Positions 47,201-59,166 of a DNA stretch of 64,000 bases are shown piece by piece. The notes under the pieces are model-generated. The model saw nothing but the letters and a program-made list of their open reading frames with translations. It was not told the DNA's origin and made no database searches. The stretch spans positions 1 through 64,000 of the forward strand of contig NIVC01001166.1 of the NCBI GenBank assembly GCA_002269645.1, given 5' to 3'. How positions within the stretch are numbered: the stretch's first letter is position 1; each line of letters opens with the position of its first letter. A program made the translations under genes and the position numbers. The stretch is from Macrostomum lignano. Its lineage: Eukaryota.

Positions 47201-48495
47201 GTCCTTTCAGTCTTTCTGGGCCGCCATCAAACCCTCCTGAGGTCCTTGCAGTCTTTCTGGGCCGCCATCAAACCCTCCAGAGGTCCTTTCAGTCAGTCTG
47301 GGCCGCCATCAAGCCCTCCTGAGGTCCTTTCAGTCTTTCTGGGCCGCCATCAAACCCTCCTGAGGTCCTTTCAGTCTTTCTGGGCCGCCATCAAACCCTC
47401 CTGAGGTCCTTGCAGTCTTTCTGGGCCGCCATCAAACCCTCCTGAGGTCCTTTCAGTCTTTCTGGGCCGCCATCAAACCCTCCTGAGGTCCTTTCAGTCT
47501 TTCTGGGCCGCCATCAAACCCTCCTGAGGTCCTTTCAGTCTTTCTGGGCCGCCATCAAACCCTCCTGAGGTCCTTTCAGTCTTTCTGGGCCGCCATCAAA
47601 CCCTCCTGAGGTCCTTGCAGTCTTTCTGGGCCGCCATCAAACCCTCCTGAGGTCCTTTCAGTCTTTCTGGGCCGCCATCAAACCCTCCTGAGGTCCTTTC
47701 AGTCTTTCTGGGCCGCCATCAAACCCTCCTGAGGTCCTTTCAGTCTTTCTGGGCCGCCATCAAACCCTCCTGAGGTCCTTGCAGTCTTTCTGGGCCGCCA
47801 TCAAACCCTCCTGAGGTCCTTTCAGTCTTTCTGGGCCGCCATCAAACCCTCCTGAGGTCCTTGCAGTCTTTCTGGGCCGCCATCAAACCCTCCCGAGGTC
47901 CTTTCAGTCTTTCTGGGCCGCCATCAAACCCTCCTGAGGTCCTTTCAGTCCGTCTGGGCCGCCGCCGCTGGCCCCCTTTTTGTCCTTCAGTTGATCCAGA
48001 ATCTTCACATTGAAAAGCAGGCCTCAGAATCCATGAGCTCTCATTACTTTTACCCCCCCCCCCTCACCCGTCCGCAGGCGAGTATTCCTCCAGGGGGTCA
48101 ACATGAACCAGGCCGACTACGACGGTCGAACCGCTCTGCACGTAGCTGCCGCCGAGGGCCACCTGGAGGTTGTCACCTTCCTAGTTGACACCTGCGAGGT
48201 CGGCATCAACCCAAAGGATCGCTGGGGCTTCACGCCTCTAGCGGAGGCCGAGCGATTTCACCACCTGCCGGTGGCGCAGTTTCTCAAATCAGTCGGCGGC
48301 CAGATCAGCGCCAGCCCGGCCGACCTGCCCCAGACAGATCTGCGCACCAAGAAGATGTCAATCAAGGAGAGCGCCCACGAGGACGTGCCCGCGTCAGTGT
48401 CTTTTTCGGCGTCGACGTCGTCAGCTTCGACGTCGGCTCCGACAGCCGCTTTGGACGCGCCGACAACGTCGGCTGAAACTTCAAAGAAAGCTTAA
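44232..48495 (+). CDS. GLS: Glutaminase with C-terminal ankyrin repeats; exons 44232-44235, 44664-45469, 46383-47011, 48078-48495
   Basis: ASYIPQLAR, catalytic [12 protein letters not shown] (SxxK), [60 protein letters not shown], and ankyrin [25 protein letters not shown] 4-nt first coding exon (ATG G) splices in frame to give [10 protein letters not shown]. Confidence 0.95.
45570..46215. repeat. 43-bp minisatellite in glutaminase intron 2
   Basis: AGTAGTCTTTGTTTGGCTTGTGTGTACTACTTCTACTTATATG, nearly identical copies. Confidence 0.95.
47045..47965. repeat. 41-bp minisatellite in glutaminase intron 3
   Basis: CTGGGCCGCCATCAAACCCTCCTGAGGTCCTTTCAGTCTTT units. Confidence 0.95.
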
Positions 48496-48504
48496 GCCGG
48501 CCCA

Positions 48505-48972
48505 TGACGTCATCGCACGCAGCTTGTAACGTTTTTTTGAGTCGAGTGGTTTTACAGTAGCAATACCGCATGTTAGTGCCACCCTCGCCACTAAATTTTA
48601 ATGACGTCACCTAATGCGATTGCGTCACAATTTAAAAGGACATCACACCGTGCGATGACGTCACTATCACCTATTGGGATGACGTCATCATGACGTTGAC
48701 TAAAGCAATTATGTCAGAATTCTAGTGGCGTCATCTGCTATTGAACGCCCTAGTGAACGCGCTGCTATTAGATGACATAACAAAATGTATCATGACGTCA
48801 TCTTATGGCGATTGAATCATTATGTATAGTGATATCACCTCATTAGCCTGATCTTGCGATTTTAATAACTTCAAAGTGTTGCAGATGACGTCATTATTAA
48901 AACGATAATGACGGTAGTAAACGCTGTATACTATAATATTTTTAAAGCTAATTTTAGTCATTGGTGACGTCA
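48505..48972. promoter_or_regulatory. Cluster of seven perfect CRE palindromes (TGACGTCA) directly after the glutaminase stop
   Basis: Sites at 48505, 48602, 48656, 48680, 48793, 48886 and 48965. Confidence 0.55.
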
Positions 48973-50504
48973 TTTTATATACCTACTCACAGGGTACTAG
49001 TACGATTTTTCATACTCTTGGTTTGTTATAACTAGCATAAATAGCATTGGTTTGTTATAACTAGTTAGCATTAACTGCTGTCAATATTGCCTAGTTAGTC
49101 AGAATTCAATATTTTATTTCAGAATTTCTCCTTCTTCACCTCCTTGCAGTTGACCTTGGTATTGCTTGAACAGTCCTACTGACCATTAATTATCATATTT
49201 TATCTCACGTTGAGAATCTTCTATTTCCTTTTTAAAATATTCATTGGGTATAATTCTCATTAATACCTGTCATTATTTTATTTATTGAATCTTACCCATA
49301 CAATATTCAAACTAGCTACTTATCCATTTTATATAAGTAGTTTTCTAGTATTTTTTAGCTTGATTTATTTGGTTGAATTATGAATAATATAATAATCTCT
49401 CCCGTCAGACACCTGGTTAGTAGCAGCTCTATCTGCCTATGTCAGTCTTTGAATGCAATATACGCAGCATGTTTCATTGGTTTAATAAACTAAGATAATA
49501 ATAATTAAAATAATCTAAGATAATAATTTGCATTCTTGTCAATTGCCTGTCTGCTTTTTGGACTTTGATTTTGGTCCAATGTGTCAGTCAAATATTGTTT
49601 CTAAGCTGATCTAAAAAACTCTAGGATTATAGGGGCTAATCTCCTTATCTCCTTAGTTGATCCTCAGATCGCGTGCGTTTCTTGCTCAGGTAAGCATAGT
49701 CTGGCTTTGCGAGTTTCGTTAGACTGATTGGCAGGTAGATTGGTTGTTAAAACGCATTTTTGCCAGATTGTTACAGTTAGCTTTGGTAGATTGTTAAAAA
49801 CTAATCTGGTAGAATGTTTAACTGGATTAGTAGATTATTAAATGAATTTGGTAGATTGCTAAATTGCGGTATGTTTTCTTCTAAATTTATCATTCAATTA
49901 TTTTATAGAATAAAGTTTTCTTATAAAGTTTTTTGTTCGATCTGTATATAAGTATTCTTAACGTAATTGCATAGAGTCTGGTCTTTTGTTGCAACAGTTT
50001 TCTTTACACTACATTGCGAAGCTTTTGTAGTACTACTAAAATTTTAATATGAATCAAGTCAAGTTTCAGTTGGTTTTTTACTGCAATTGCTTTCTCCATT
50101 TTTTGAATATAACTCGCCGAATAGATTACCAGTTGAATGGCTTTATATGAAATATAAAGCATTCGATTCGACGAGTTAAATTCAATTTGAGCTTTTTATC
50201 CAATGGCTTTATACACTGAGTAGTATGCAGTGCACATTTAAATTAATTTTTCTATGCACTTATGGTCTCATTGGTTCGTTCTTTTATCTTTAAATCAATT
50301 TTTGCATAGTTCTTACAACACTACTTCTCATTATAAAATAGATAACTCTGGACTGAAAAAAATTTATCGTGCCTAATTGATTTATTAATGAAAATTCAAG
50401 TATAAACCTCGTAGTTTGATTCCCATTTTTAATCAGCAAAAAAAAGAAATTTGTCACGTGACTTTCTTATTTCATGCTATCGCGTTTTAATCCTATTCAG
50501 TTAA

Positions 50505-50995
50505 AGGGATGCAGGTAGGTTTCAGCCAATGAGCGTCCACCTAGGGGTTTGAAGGAGTAGTCCAGTTCAGTTAGAGGGGTGCAGCTAGGCTCCAGCCAAT
50601 GAGCGTCCAGCTAGGGGTTAGAAGGAGTAGTCCAGTTCAGTTAGAGGGGTGCAGCTAGGCTTCAGCCAATGAGCGTCCACCTAGGGGTTAGAAGGAGTAG
50701 TCCAGTTCAGTTAGAGCGGTGCAGCTAGGCTTCAGCCAATGAGCGTCCACCTAGGGGTTTGAAGGAGTAGTCCAGTTCAGTTAGAGGGGTGCAGCTAGGC
50801 TTCAGCCAATGAGCGTCCACCTAGGGGTTTGAAGGAGTAGTCCAGTTCAGTTAGAGCGGTGCAGCTAGGCTTCAGCCAATGAGCGTCCATCTAGGGGTTA
50901 AAAGGAGTAGCCAGTTCAGTTAGAGGGGTGCAGCTAGGCTCCAGCCAATGAGCGTCCAGCTAGGGGTTAGAAGTGGTAAGCTTCCAGTTCTAGTT
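50505..50995. repeat. 70-bp tandem repeat x7, each unit with AGCCAATGAG (NF-Y consensus), ~200 bp upstream of PELP1
   Basis: Motif at 50524, 50594, 50664, 50734, 50804, 50874 and 50943. Confidence 0.92.
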
Positions 50996-51189
50996 AGAGG
51001 TCGGAAGGCGGCAAGCTTGCTCCAGAACCCAGTTAATAAGCTTCCAGCTGAGAGTAAAAGTGGGAACACTGAGCGGCTGAGCCTAATGAAGATTTGCAGC
51101 TATTTTAACGCTTGTCTGCGCTTTAGTAGAGTAGCGTCAGAAATTAATTTAAAAAATCTATCAACGACCCTCCCCCTTCCGTATTGCAG

Positions 51190-53250
51190 GCGGCCGCCGC
51201 GCAGGATTTGCACAGACGCGTCGTTGCACTTGACGACGCCGGCCTGGCGCGCGATGGTCCCGCGCTCTGCCAACAGCTGGCTAAGCTTTTAGCTCCGCCT
51301 GGCGCGAAATATCGCCGCCAAATTAGCAAAGCTACTACTATTAGTAGCGCTAGTAATAATATTGATAAAAATTCTGCTCTGCCGCACGCCTGCGCAGCCG
51401 CTGCCCGCCTGCTGTGCCGAGCGGCCGCCCAGCCTGGCCTGGCCCGGGATCTGGCCGCCTCCGCTGCCTCCCTGCCTCGCCTTGTCGACCACCTGGCAGC
51501 CAGGATTCGATCCTCGTCGACTAATTTCGCCGAAATTCTCTGGCTGGCCCCGGCGATGGAGTGCGCGATTCAGCGGTTCCCCGCCCAGTGCGGCCACGTT
51601 CGCGGCCGCCTCGAGGGCGCCCTGATCCGCCTGTTGGACCTTCAGCCGCGGCTTGACGATGCCGGGGCTGCCGAAGTCGCCGCCGTCTCTGCGGCTGCCG
51701 AGAGGCTGTGGTCGCTGCTGCCAAAGCTCGGCAGCTTGTCGGCCGAAGATCGAGCCACCCGATGGTCGGAGCTTCACGCCAGGTGTCTTGACGCTCTGGA
51801 CTCTTGCCTGCGGAGGATGGCGGACTGCGCCGGCGGTAGCGGCTTTGTTGGCGAAGACTCCGGCCAGCAGCAGCATGCATCGCTGGTCCCCCCTTCGGCG
51901 TCAGCTGCCGGCCTTCTGGCGGGTCTGCCGCCGATTCTCGCCGATTCGGCCGGCGTCCGAGCCTGCGTCCGGCGCGCCGCCGGCCTGCTGGCTGCCGTCC
52001 GGGCGCTGCTCGACTGTCCGGCCCAGCTGACCGTTGCTGCCGACGTTGGCGCCGCCGCCGACCTGGCCGAACGGCTGGTTTCTATGAGGCCGTCGGCCGC
52101 TACTAGCGAGGCTCGTTGCCTAGCAACCGAACTTCCCTCAGCTCAGGTTGAAGCAAATCGACTATTGAGCCGCCTAGCCGGGATGCTGGGCCTCGGCGCG
52201 TGCCTCATCAGTCCGCAACTGGCTGGCGCGTTGCACGCCAGCTTGGAAGCGCCGATGTCTGGGCCGCTGCGGCTGGCGGCCTATGAGCTTCTGGCCGCCT
52301 GGCTGGACAGCGGCCGCTCCGTGGCCGGCCTCGCCCTGCTGCCCGGCGGCGGACTTCGCGGCCTCGTTCAGTGCCGTCTCGTGCCGGACGCCGCCGCTGC
52401 CGTTCTGGCCCGGCCGGACGTTGAACTTGTCCAGCTTGTTGACGTTGACGTTCTTGACCGGCGTCGGAGCTGCGGAGCGGCGGCGCTGCGCTGCCTCGCC
52501 CGCTTAGTTGAAGACTTCCGCCCGGAGCCGGCCGTGGCCCGCCTGCTGTGGCGCCGGCTGGCCGGTCCGCTTGCCGGCCGCCTGGTGTCCGGGGCCCGTC
52601 CGGCTCCGACAGCCGACCTGGCCGAATCTGTGGCCGAGTTTCTATCCGCCCTTGGCCGATGCCCGCTGCCCTGCCGTCCCTGGCCAGTGGAGCTGCTGGC
52701 GCTGGCTTTGAGACGCCTGGGCGGAGCTGCCGCCAGGCGGCCGCTGGACGGCCTGCGCGACCGCCTGAGCGTCTGGGCGAGTCCGCCGCTCTGGACTGAC
52801 GGCGCGACAGAGGAGACGGTCGGCCCGCCGGTCGGAGCTGACGACGGTGAGATTGATGAGGAAGCCACGGCAGAGGCTGGATCTCGGCCTCATCCGCAGC
52901 CGCTGCCACCGCTGCCCCAGGAGAAACCCGTTGAAGAAGAGGCAGCAGCAGCTCAAAGCGACACCGAAGATGACGATGAGGATGACAGGCCGCCGCCGGC
53001 TAAGATTGCTCGACTGTCCGTCTCGGCTGATGAAGGAGAATCTAACGAGGACACTGAAGCTGAGGATGAAGCTGAGGCTGACGAAGATGAAGCGTTTTTA
53101 ACCGCCGACAGTCAGGTGGACTCGCAGCAGGAGACGCAGCGGGCTGCAGCAACAGACGGCTCTGCTGGCGGCGTTGAGTTGCAGTCAGTCAAGCCGGAGG
53201 GAGGGCCGAGCGTTATGGAAATGCTAGACAGCTTTGTCGATAACGACTGA
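51190..53250 (+). CDS. PELP1: PELP1/Rix1 rixosome subunit; single long exon starting at a splice acceptor with no cognate ATG
   Basis: LLCRAAAQPGLARDL...LPRLVDHL...AMECAIQRFPAQCGHVRGRLEGALIRLLD resembles recalled PELP1 LLRYAAQLPALFRDI..LPGLLTSL..GMKACMTYFPRACGSLKGKLASFFL. Pro/Glu-rich tail; C-terminal EMLDSFVD matches AMLADFID. Confidence 0.82.
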   Translation, partial: AAAAQDLHRRVVALDDAGLARDGPALCQQLAKLLAPPGAKYRRQISKATTISSASNNIDKNSALPHACAAAARLLCRAAAQPGLARDLAASAASLPRLVDHLAARIRSSSTNFAEILWLAPAMECAIQRFPAQCGHVRGRLEGALIRLLDLQPRLDDAGAAEVAAVSAAAERLWSLLPKLGSLSAEDRATRWSELHARCLDALDSCLRRMADCAGGSGFVGEDSGQQQHASLVPPSASAAGLLAGLPPILADSAGVRACVRRAAGLLAAVRALLDCPAQLTVAADVGAAADLAERLVSMRPSAATSEARCLATELPSAQVEANRLLSRLAGMLGLGACLISPQLAGALHASLEAPMSGPLRLAAYELLAAWLDSGRSVAGLALLPGGGLRGLVQCRLVPDAAAAVLARPDVELVQLVDVDVLDRRRSCGAAALRCLARLVEDFRPEPAVARLLWRRLAGPLAGRLVSGARPAPTADLAESVAEFLSALGRCPLPCRPWPVELLALALRRLGGAAARRPLDGLRDRLSVWASPPLWTDGATEETVGPPVGADDGEIDEEATAEAGSRPHPQPLPPLPQEKPVEEEAAAAQSDTEDDDEDDRPPPAKIARLSVSADEGESNEDTEAEDEAEADEDEAFLTADSQVDSQQETQRAAATDGSAGGVELQSVKPEGGPSVMEMLDSFVDND

Positions 53251-53369
53251 CAGTGGACTGTTTGTTGACCAGCCAAATATGCGTTTGTGTGGATGTTTGT
53301 GCATTGCGTCAGTGCGTTGATGATCTGTTAGTTGTCCTTAAATCGCCCAGAAGATCAGCTGGAAATATC

Positions 53370-54140
53370 TTTCTTAGAATCGCCCTGAAATGCCCCTCTA
53401 GAATCGGTGCGAAATACCCCTCTAGAATCAGTCCAAAATACCCCTCTAGAATCGGTCCAAAACACCCCTCTTGAATTGGTGCAAAATACCCCTCTAGAAT
53501 CAGTCCAAAATACCCCTCTAGAATCAGTCCAAAATACCCCTCTAGAATCGGTCCAAAACACCCCTCTTGAATTGGTGCAAAATACCCCTCTAGAATCAGT
53601 CCAAAATACCCCTCTAGAATCAGTCCAAAATACCCCTCAAAATCGGTTCAAAATACCCCTCTAATATCGGTCCAAAATACCCCTGTAGAATCGGTTCAAA
53701 ATACCCCTCTAGAATCGATGCAAAATACCCCTCTAGAACCGGTCCAAAATACCCCTCAAAATCGGTTCAAAATACTCTATAATCGTCCGAAATATCCCTC
53801 TGAATGGTGTTCAAATTTCCCCTCTTAAGTTGTCCCAAAATATCCTCTAGAATTGTTCAAAATTCTTCTCTATAATTGTCCCAGGATACCCCTCTAGAAT
53901 CGCCTCAAAAATACCCCTTTACAATGGCCTCAAAAATACCCGTCTACAATCGCCTCAAAAATACCCATCTACAATCGCCTCAAAAATACCCGTCTACAAT
54001 GGCCTAAAAAATACCCCTCTACAATCGCCTCAAAAGTACCCATCTTCAATGGCCTAAAAATACCCCTCTACAATCGCCTCAAAAATACCCCTCTACAATC
54101 GCCTCAAAAATACCCCTCTACAATCACCTCAAAAATACCA
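53370..54140. repeat. ~22-bp minisatellite between PELP1 and TCHP
   Basis: AAAATACCCCTCTAGAATCGGTCC, drifting to AAAATACCCCTCTACAATCGCCTC. Confidence 0.92.
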
Positions 54141-54475
54141 CTTTGGAATCGCCCTTAAAGCAGGGAAATTCAGTCTTTATCACCCGGAAAAGCAGAAAAG
54201 AAGTCTGCTAAACAATAATTCGTCGCGTCTCTTCATTTGCTACTAATCTGTCAAGCCGGTAGTATAATTTGATTGTTAGCTTAATTTGTGTGTTATCAAA
54301 AAGTACAAATGGAAAATATGCCAATCTCACGCATTTCTGAGTAACCTTTCTGAGTCTGGTATTTTTGCTTTATTTTTCTTTAAAATTGCTTCCTAGCTTC
54401 TAGTCAAAATCTTACTAAATTCTAATTTTAGTTGTATTAACTGCAAAATTTGTCCTTCCACCATATATTTCTGTC

Positions 54476-54666
54476 ATGGCATTGCCGCACCTAAAAGTTC
54501 GCTATTCTACTTCCAAAGCCGTGTACGAGGACGCTATGGCGAGGCGTCGAGCCGCCGAGGACCAAAATAGGCAGGCCTGGGGCCAGGCGGTCAACTATTT
54601 CCATGCCAATGAGGTTCGAGCCACCAAACAGGCTCAGTGGACTTCCGATCGGGCTTTTCAGGACAG
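54476..54666 (+). CDS. TCHP: Trichoplein-like protein, first exon only; later exons not found in the window
   Basis: MALPHL...ARRRAAEDQNRQAWGQAVNYFHANEVRATKQAQWTS resembles recalled human MALPTL...[36 protein letters not shown]; donor CAG|GTAAAC at 54666/54667. Confidence 0.8.
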
Positions 54667-54759
54667 GTAAACAGATCCCACTGGTGATTTGGATTTTTAG
54701 AGTGGGCATTCTCAGAATTGCTGATCTAGCCCTAAATGCCAGTGGGTTGCTACTCTAGC

Positions 54760-55060
54760 CTACAATACAGTAGATGCAGAAATAGAATGGATTGCTAATC
54801 TAGCCAACATCCATATGAAGTGGATGTTGGAATGGATTGCTAATCTAGCCAACATCCATATGAAGTGACTGAATGGATTGCTAATCTAGCCAACATCCAT
54901 ATGAAGTGGATGTTGGAATGGATTGCTAATCTAGCCTACAATAGATGCAGAAATAGAATGGACTGCTAGTCTAGCCAACATCCATATGAAGTGGATGTTG
55001 GAATAGATTGCTAATCTAGCCTACAATAGATGCAGAAATAGAATGGACTGCTAGTCTAGC
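54760..55060. repeat. Composite tandem repeat with a perfect 10-bp hairpin
   Basis: CCAACATCCA-TATGAAG-TGGATGTTGG near 54804, 54890 and 54974. Confidence 0.85.
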
Positions 55061-55639
55061 CAAAAATAACTTTCTAATGATGAATATTTAGTTTAAGTTT
55101 CTGCTTAACATATATTTTAATGACTGCAGCATAGTGCTGACAGTTAAGTCTCCCTGTTTCATTTGCCTCATTAAGGGATGCCATAAAGAGCCGAACTTGT
55201 CACTCATCACTCGGGGCTGCAGATCTATCAGCATTGCGGAGGTGCGTGCATAATGTGCAAGTGTTCCTAATTCTCGGCCACAATTCTTGGAATTCTGGTG
55301 GTACAAATAGCGGCCAAGAGACACAAAACGGGCTGTCAGTTTGGTGGGGAGGATCTCATACCAGCTCCTTGTTTACTGTATATCCTGACCGTCTTTGATA
55401 TATCTCAACTTGTCAAGTAGAATTTTTTACTTCGAATTGGGACACTGAGCTGATGATGAACTTTTGGAGATCGCCTGCAAATTGAATCAACCTCCGTCCT
55501 GACTCGAGGGGGGCGAGTTTTTGGCTGGGCGCTTTGCGGGAATTCTGCTTTTGCACTGCAGCTCATATTGTGCCCTTCAGAATATTCCCACTGTAATATC
55601 TTAGTAACTCCTGTACGACCCTCAATGGTCCTTTTAAAG

Positions 55640-55975
55640 CGGCAGCGATAGTCTATGGCCAGCCCTGCTGACCAAGCCGGCAGGAACGGCTTTGCATAGC
55701 AGAGTGTTAAAGTGGCAGCGATAGTCTATGGCCAGCCCTGCTGACCAAGCCGACAGGAACGGATTTGCATAGCAGAGTGTGAAAGTGGCAGCGATAGTCT
55801 ATGGCCAGCCCTGTTGACCAAGCCGGCAGGAACGGCTTTGCATAGCAGAGTGTTGAAGTGGCAGCGATAGTCTATGGCCAGCCCTGCTGACCAAGCCGGC
55901 AGGAACGGCTTTGCATAGCAGAGTGTTAAAGTGGCAGCGATAGTCTATGGCCAGCCCTGCTGAACAAGCTGGCAC
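55640..55975. repeat. 73-bp tandem repeat, ~4.5 copies
   Basis: GCAGCGATAGTCTATGGCCAGCCCTGCTGACCAAGCCGGCAGGAACGG... at 73-bp spacing. Confidence 0.92.
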
Positions 55976-56744
55976 GAACGATTTTGAAACCTTTTGATAA
56001 TTTTTTTCATTTCTAGCCAATTTTCAGGAAACCAGTCTCGTATGAAACAGCAGATTATTTAAAAAAGCGTAAGATATGAATCAACAATTGGGACAAAAAA
56101 ATGCCGCCGCCTGGGCCTCATTTTCTGGGGTGTCGCATCCATGTCTTCAGTGTTTCCTGAATGATCATAAACAGTCCTTAAAACACCGTTTAACAGTCGC
56201 TAGGGATAAGTCCTTGGTAAGTTCAGTGTATTCCAGCTTAGCGCAACCCATTAAAATAGAGTGGATACTTTCTACGCTATCAAATGTACTTTTACTAGTT
56301 TGCCAATCTTCGGCTTTGCTTAGCAAGCAAGCGCTAACTTATGTTGCTGCTCACGCGTTGGTGTACAGCCAGCGTCAACGAATGCTTCCCAGTCCGGCTA
56401 ACAGGGATGCACAGTGGCTGGGGGGATGCTCTTCAGCCGCGGAAGATAAAAACCCAATCCTGTTCTGGCTGGGGCGAGGCCAATTCCCGTCGGAAATCTC
56501 TCATTCATTAATTATTTATGCAAACAGGGGCGCTGACAGTTCAAGTCCCGTTGCACTGGCTGCTGGGGGCAGAGGGAGAGGGGCGCCAATCAGCGCCTGA
56601 CTTTCATGCGAGCCCCGCATCCGCCAGCTGCGACTGTTTCACTTCTCAGTCTCTGGCTTGATCTTTTCCTTGCCTTGATCTGTTTTTCTCGGACATGGAA
56701 TTCTAGATATAACTGACTTGGAGTTCTGTCTTGCATCTTCGCCT

Positions 56745-57215
<471 letters not shown>

Positions 57216-57959
57216 ATGCATCTATCTATCATTCAACAAATCGAATTGAAGCAGCAACATCAGGCAGGAACTAGCATAAAAGTATGCCATCCCTATTTAA
57301 CAACGCCCAGAGCCGAGTCTGGTCTCCCCTGCTCGATAATATTCTGTCATTATTTCACGCCAGCAGGAGCGCACTCAGCCGCATTATTCAAGTTTATCTA
57401 TTTATCCAAAATTTGGCTTGAGCAATCGAATCTTCTATCTCTTATCGTCTCACCCTCTGCCTCTCGTCGAGGTCTGCCTGTGTTTATTAGTCCCCGCTGA
57501 CTCGGGAGTGCTCTCGACTCTAATGCTAGAGCTCAGAGGCAGTCGGCTCCGCAGTCAATAGGCACTTCGAATGCATTAGAGTTGGAGTGTGCGGCCTCCC
57601 CGCTGTCTGTTTGAACTGTAATTCTAATTTGCATATTTTGCTTCAAGTTGGTCTTCCCGTTTGATATTTTATCGGGGGTCAATAAACTTTTTAGACTGAG
57701 AAGTGGCTTGCAAGTCGAAGGTGTTACAAGCGAATTTGCTCAAACCAGCGGCTGGAGATAGTGTAGGATGAAAGGCGAAAGTTGAAGGTCCTGGTGCTTT
57801 GTGTCTCTTTGAACACTGACCCTACCAGTTTGTATGAAATCTCCTACGTGTCAATAATTCCTAGTTTATAAAATAGAGATTTTATCTGTGTCTGTGTTAA
57901 CAGCACCTTTCTATCGATTCTTGCACTCGTTAGAGTGACTTCACTTGCGCCTTTGGAGA

Positions 57960-58780
57960 GATCTCAGCTTTTTCATCGTGAGATCACATTTCAGCCATTG
58001 TGAGATCTAATCTCAATCATTGTGAAATCCCATATCTACCATTGTGAGATCTCATCTCAGTCATTGTAGGATCTCATCTCAATCATTGTGAAATCCCATA
58101 TCTACCATTGTGAGATCTCATCTCTTCCATTGTAAGATCTCATCTCAGTCATTGTGGGATCTCAATCATTGTGGGATCTCAATCATTGTGAGATCTCATC
58201 TCAGTCATTGTGGGATCTCAGTCATTTTGAGACCTCATCTCTACCATTGTGAGATCTCACCTCAATCATTGTGAGATCTCATCTCAGTCATTTTGAGATT
58301 TCATCTCTTCCATTGTGAGATCTCATCTCTACCATTGTGAGATCTCACCTCAGTCATTGTGGGATCTCAATCATTGTGAGATCTCATCTCAGTCATTGTG
58401 AGATCTCATCTCTACCATTGTGAGGTCTCACCTCAGTCATTGTGGGATCTCAGTCATTTTGAGACCTCATCTCTACCATTGTGAGATCTCACCTCAGTCA
58501 TTGTGGGATCTCAATCATTGTGAGATCTCATCTCAGTCATTTTGAGATCTCATCTCTTCCATTGTGGGATCTTATCTCGACCATTGGGAGATCTCATCTC
58601 TATCATTAGGAAATCTCATATCTACCATTGGGAGATCTCATCTCTATCATTAGGAAATCTCATATCTACCATTGGGAGATCTCATCTCTATCATTAGGAA
58701 ATCTCATATCTACCATTGGAAGATCTCATCTCTATAATTGAAAGATCTCATCTCTATAATTCGGAAATCCCATCTCTATC
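57960..58780. repeat. Degenerate ~23-bp minisatellite
   Basis: GAGATCTCATCTCAGTCATTGT variants. Confidence 0.9.
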
Positions 58781-59166
58781 TTACATAGAATAGCATCCTC
58801 CCTTCTTCCGAACTGTCTTGTTGATTATTTCTGCTAAATCGTTCAGAACTTTTCAATTTTATGCTTGGCGTGTCTTTGTAAATCGATATAAAGTTCAAAC
58901 AATTCCAAAGCTTTAAATCCTTTTCCCCTCAAAGGGATATGCAAATGTTGCACAATTTATTCCTTGGGAGATAAATTTTAACTGAGCTTGGGTCAAGGCG
59001 TAGGCGAGGGGTCTTATGGGGGTCATGTGACCTCACCCCCTGTCAGAGAACTGACCATCTGAATGGTTCCTGTGCTCTCCCACAGTGCTATATTGATTAG
59101 TTAAGCCTGTATGAGGGATTTGACCAATTCTGCAAATCAAGACAACAGCGAGAAGGCAAGCAGGCA

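Noticed and set aside
55447-55505. Box C/D snoRNA candidate (ATGATGA...CTGA, 3-bp terminal stem) in the TCHP intron
   Set aside because: Very short stem and no contiguous rRNA or snRNA complement that I can recognise; snoscan could revisit it.
55088-55620. Possible decayed transposase or RT fragment on the minus strand
   Set aside because: Interrupted by stops and no diagnostic motif that I can name.
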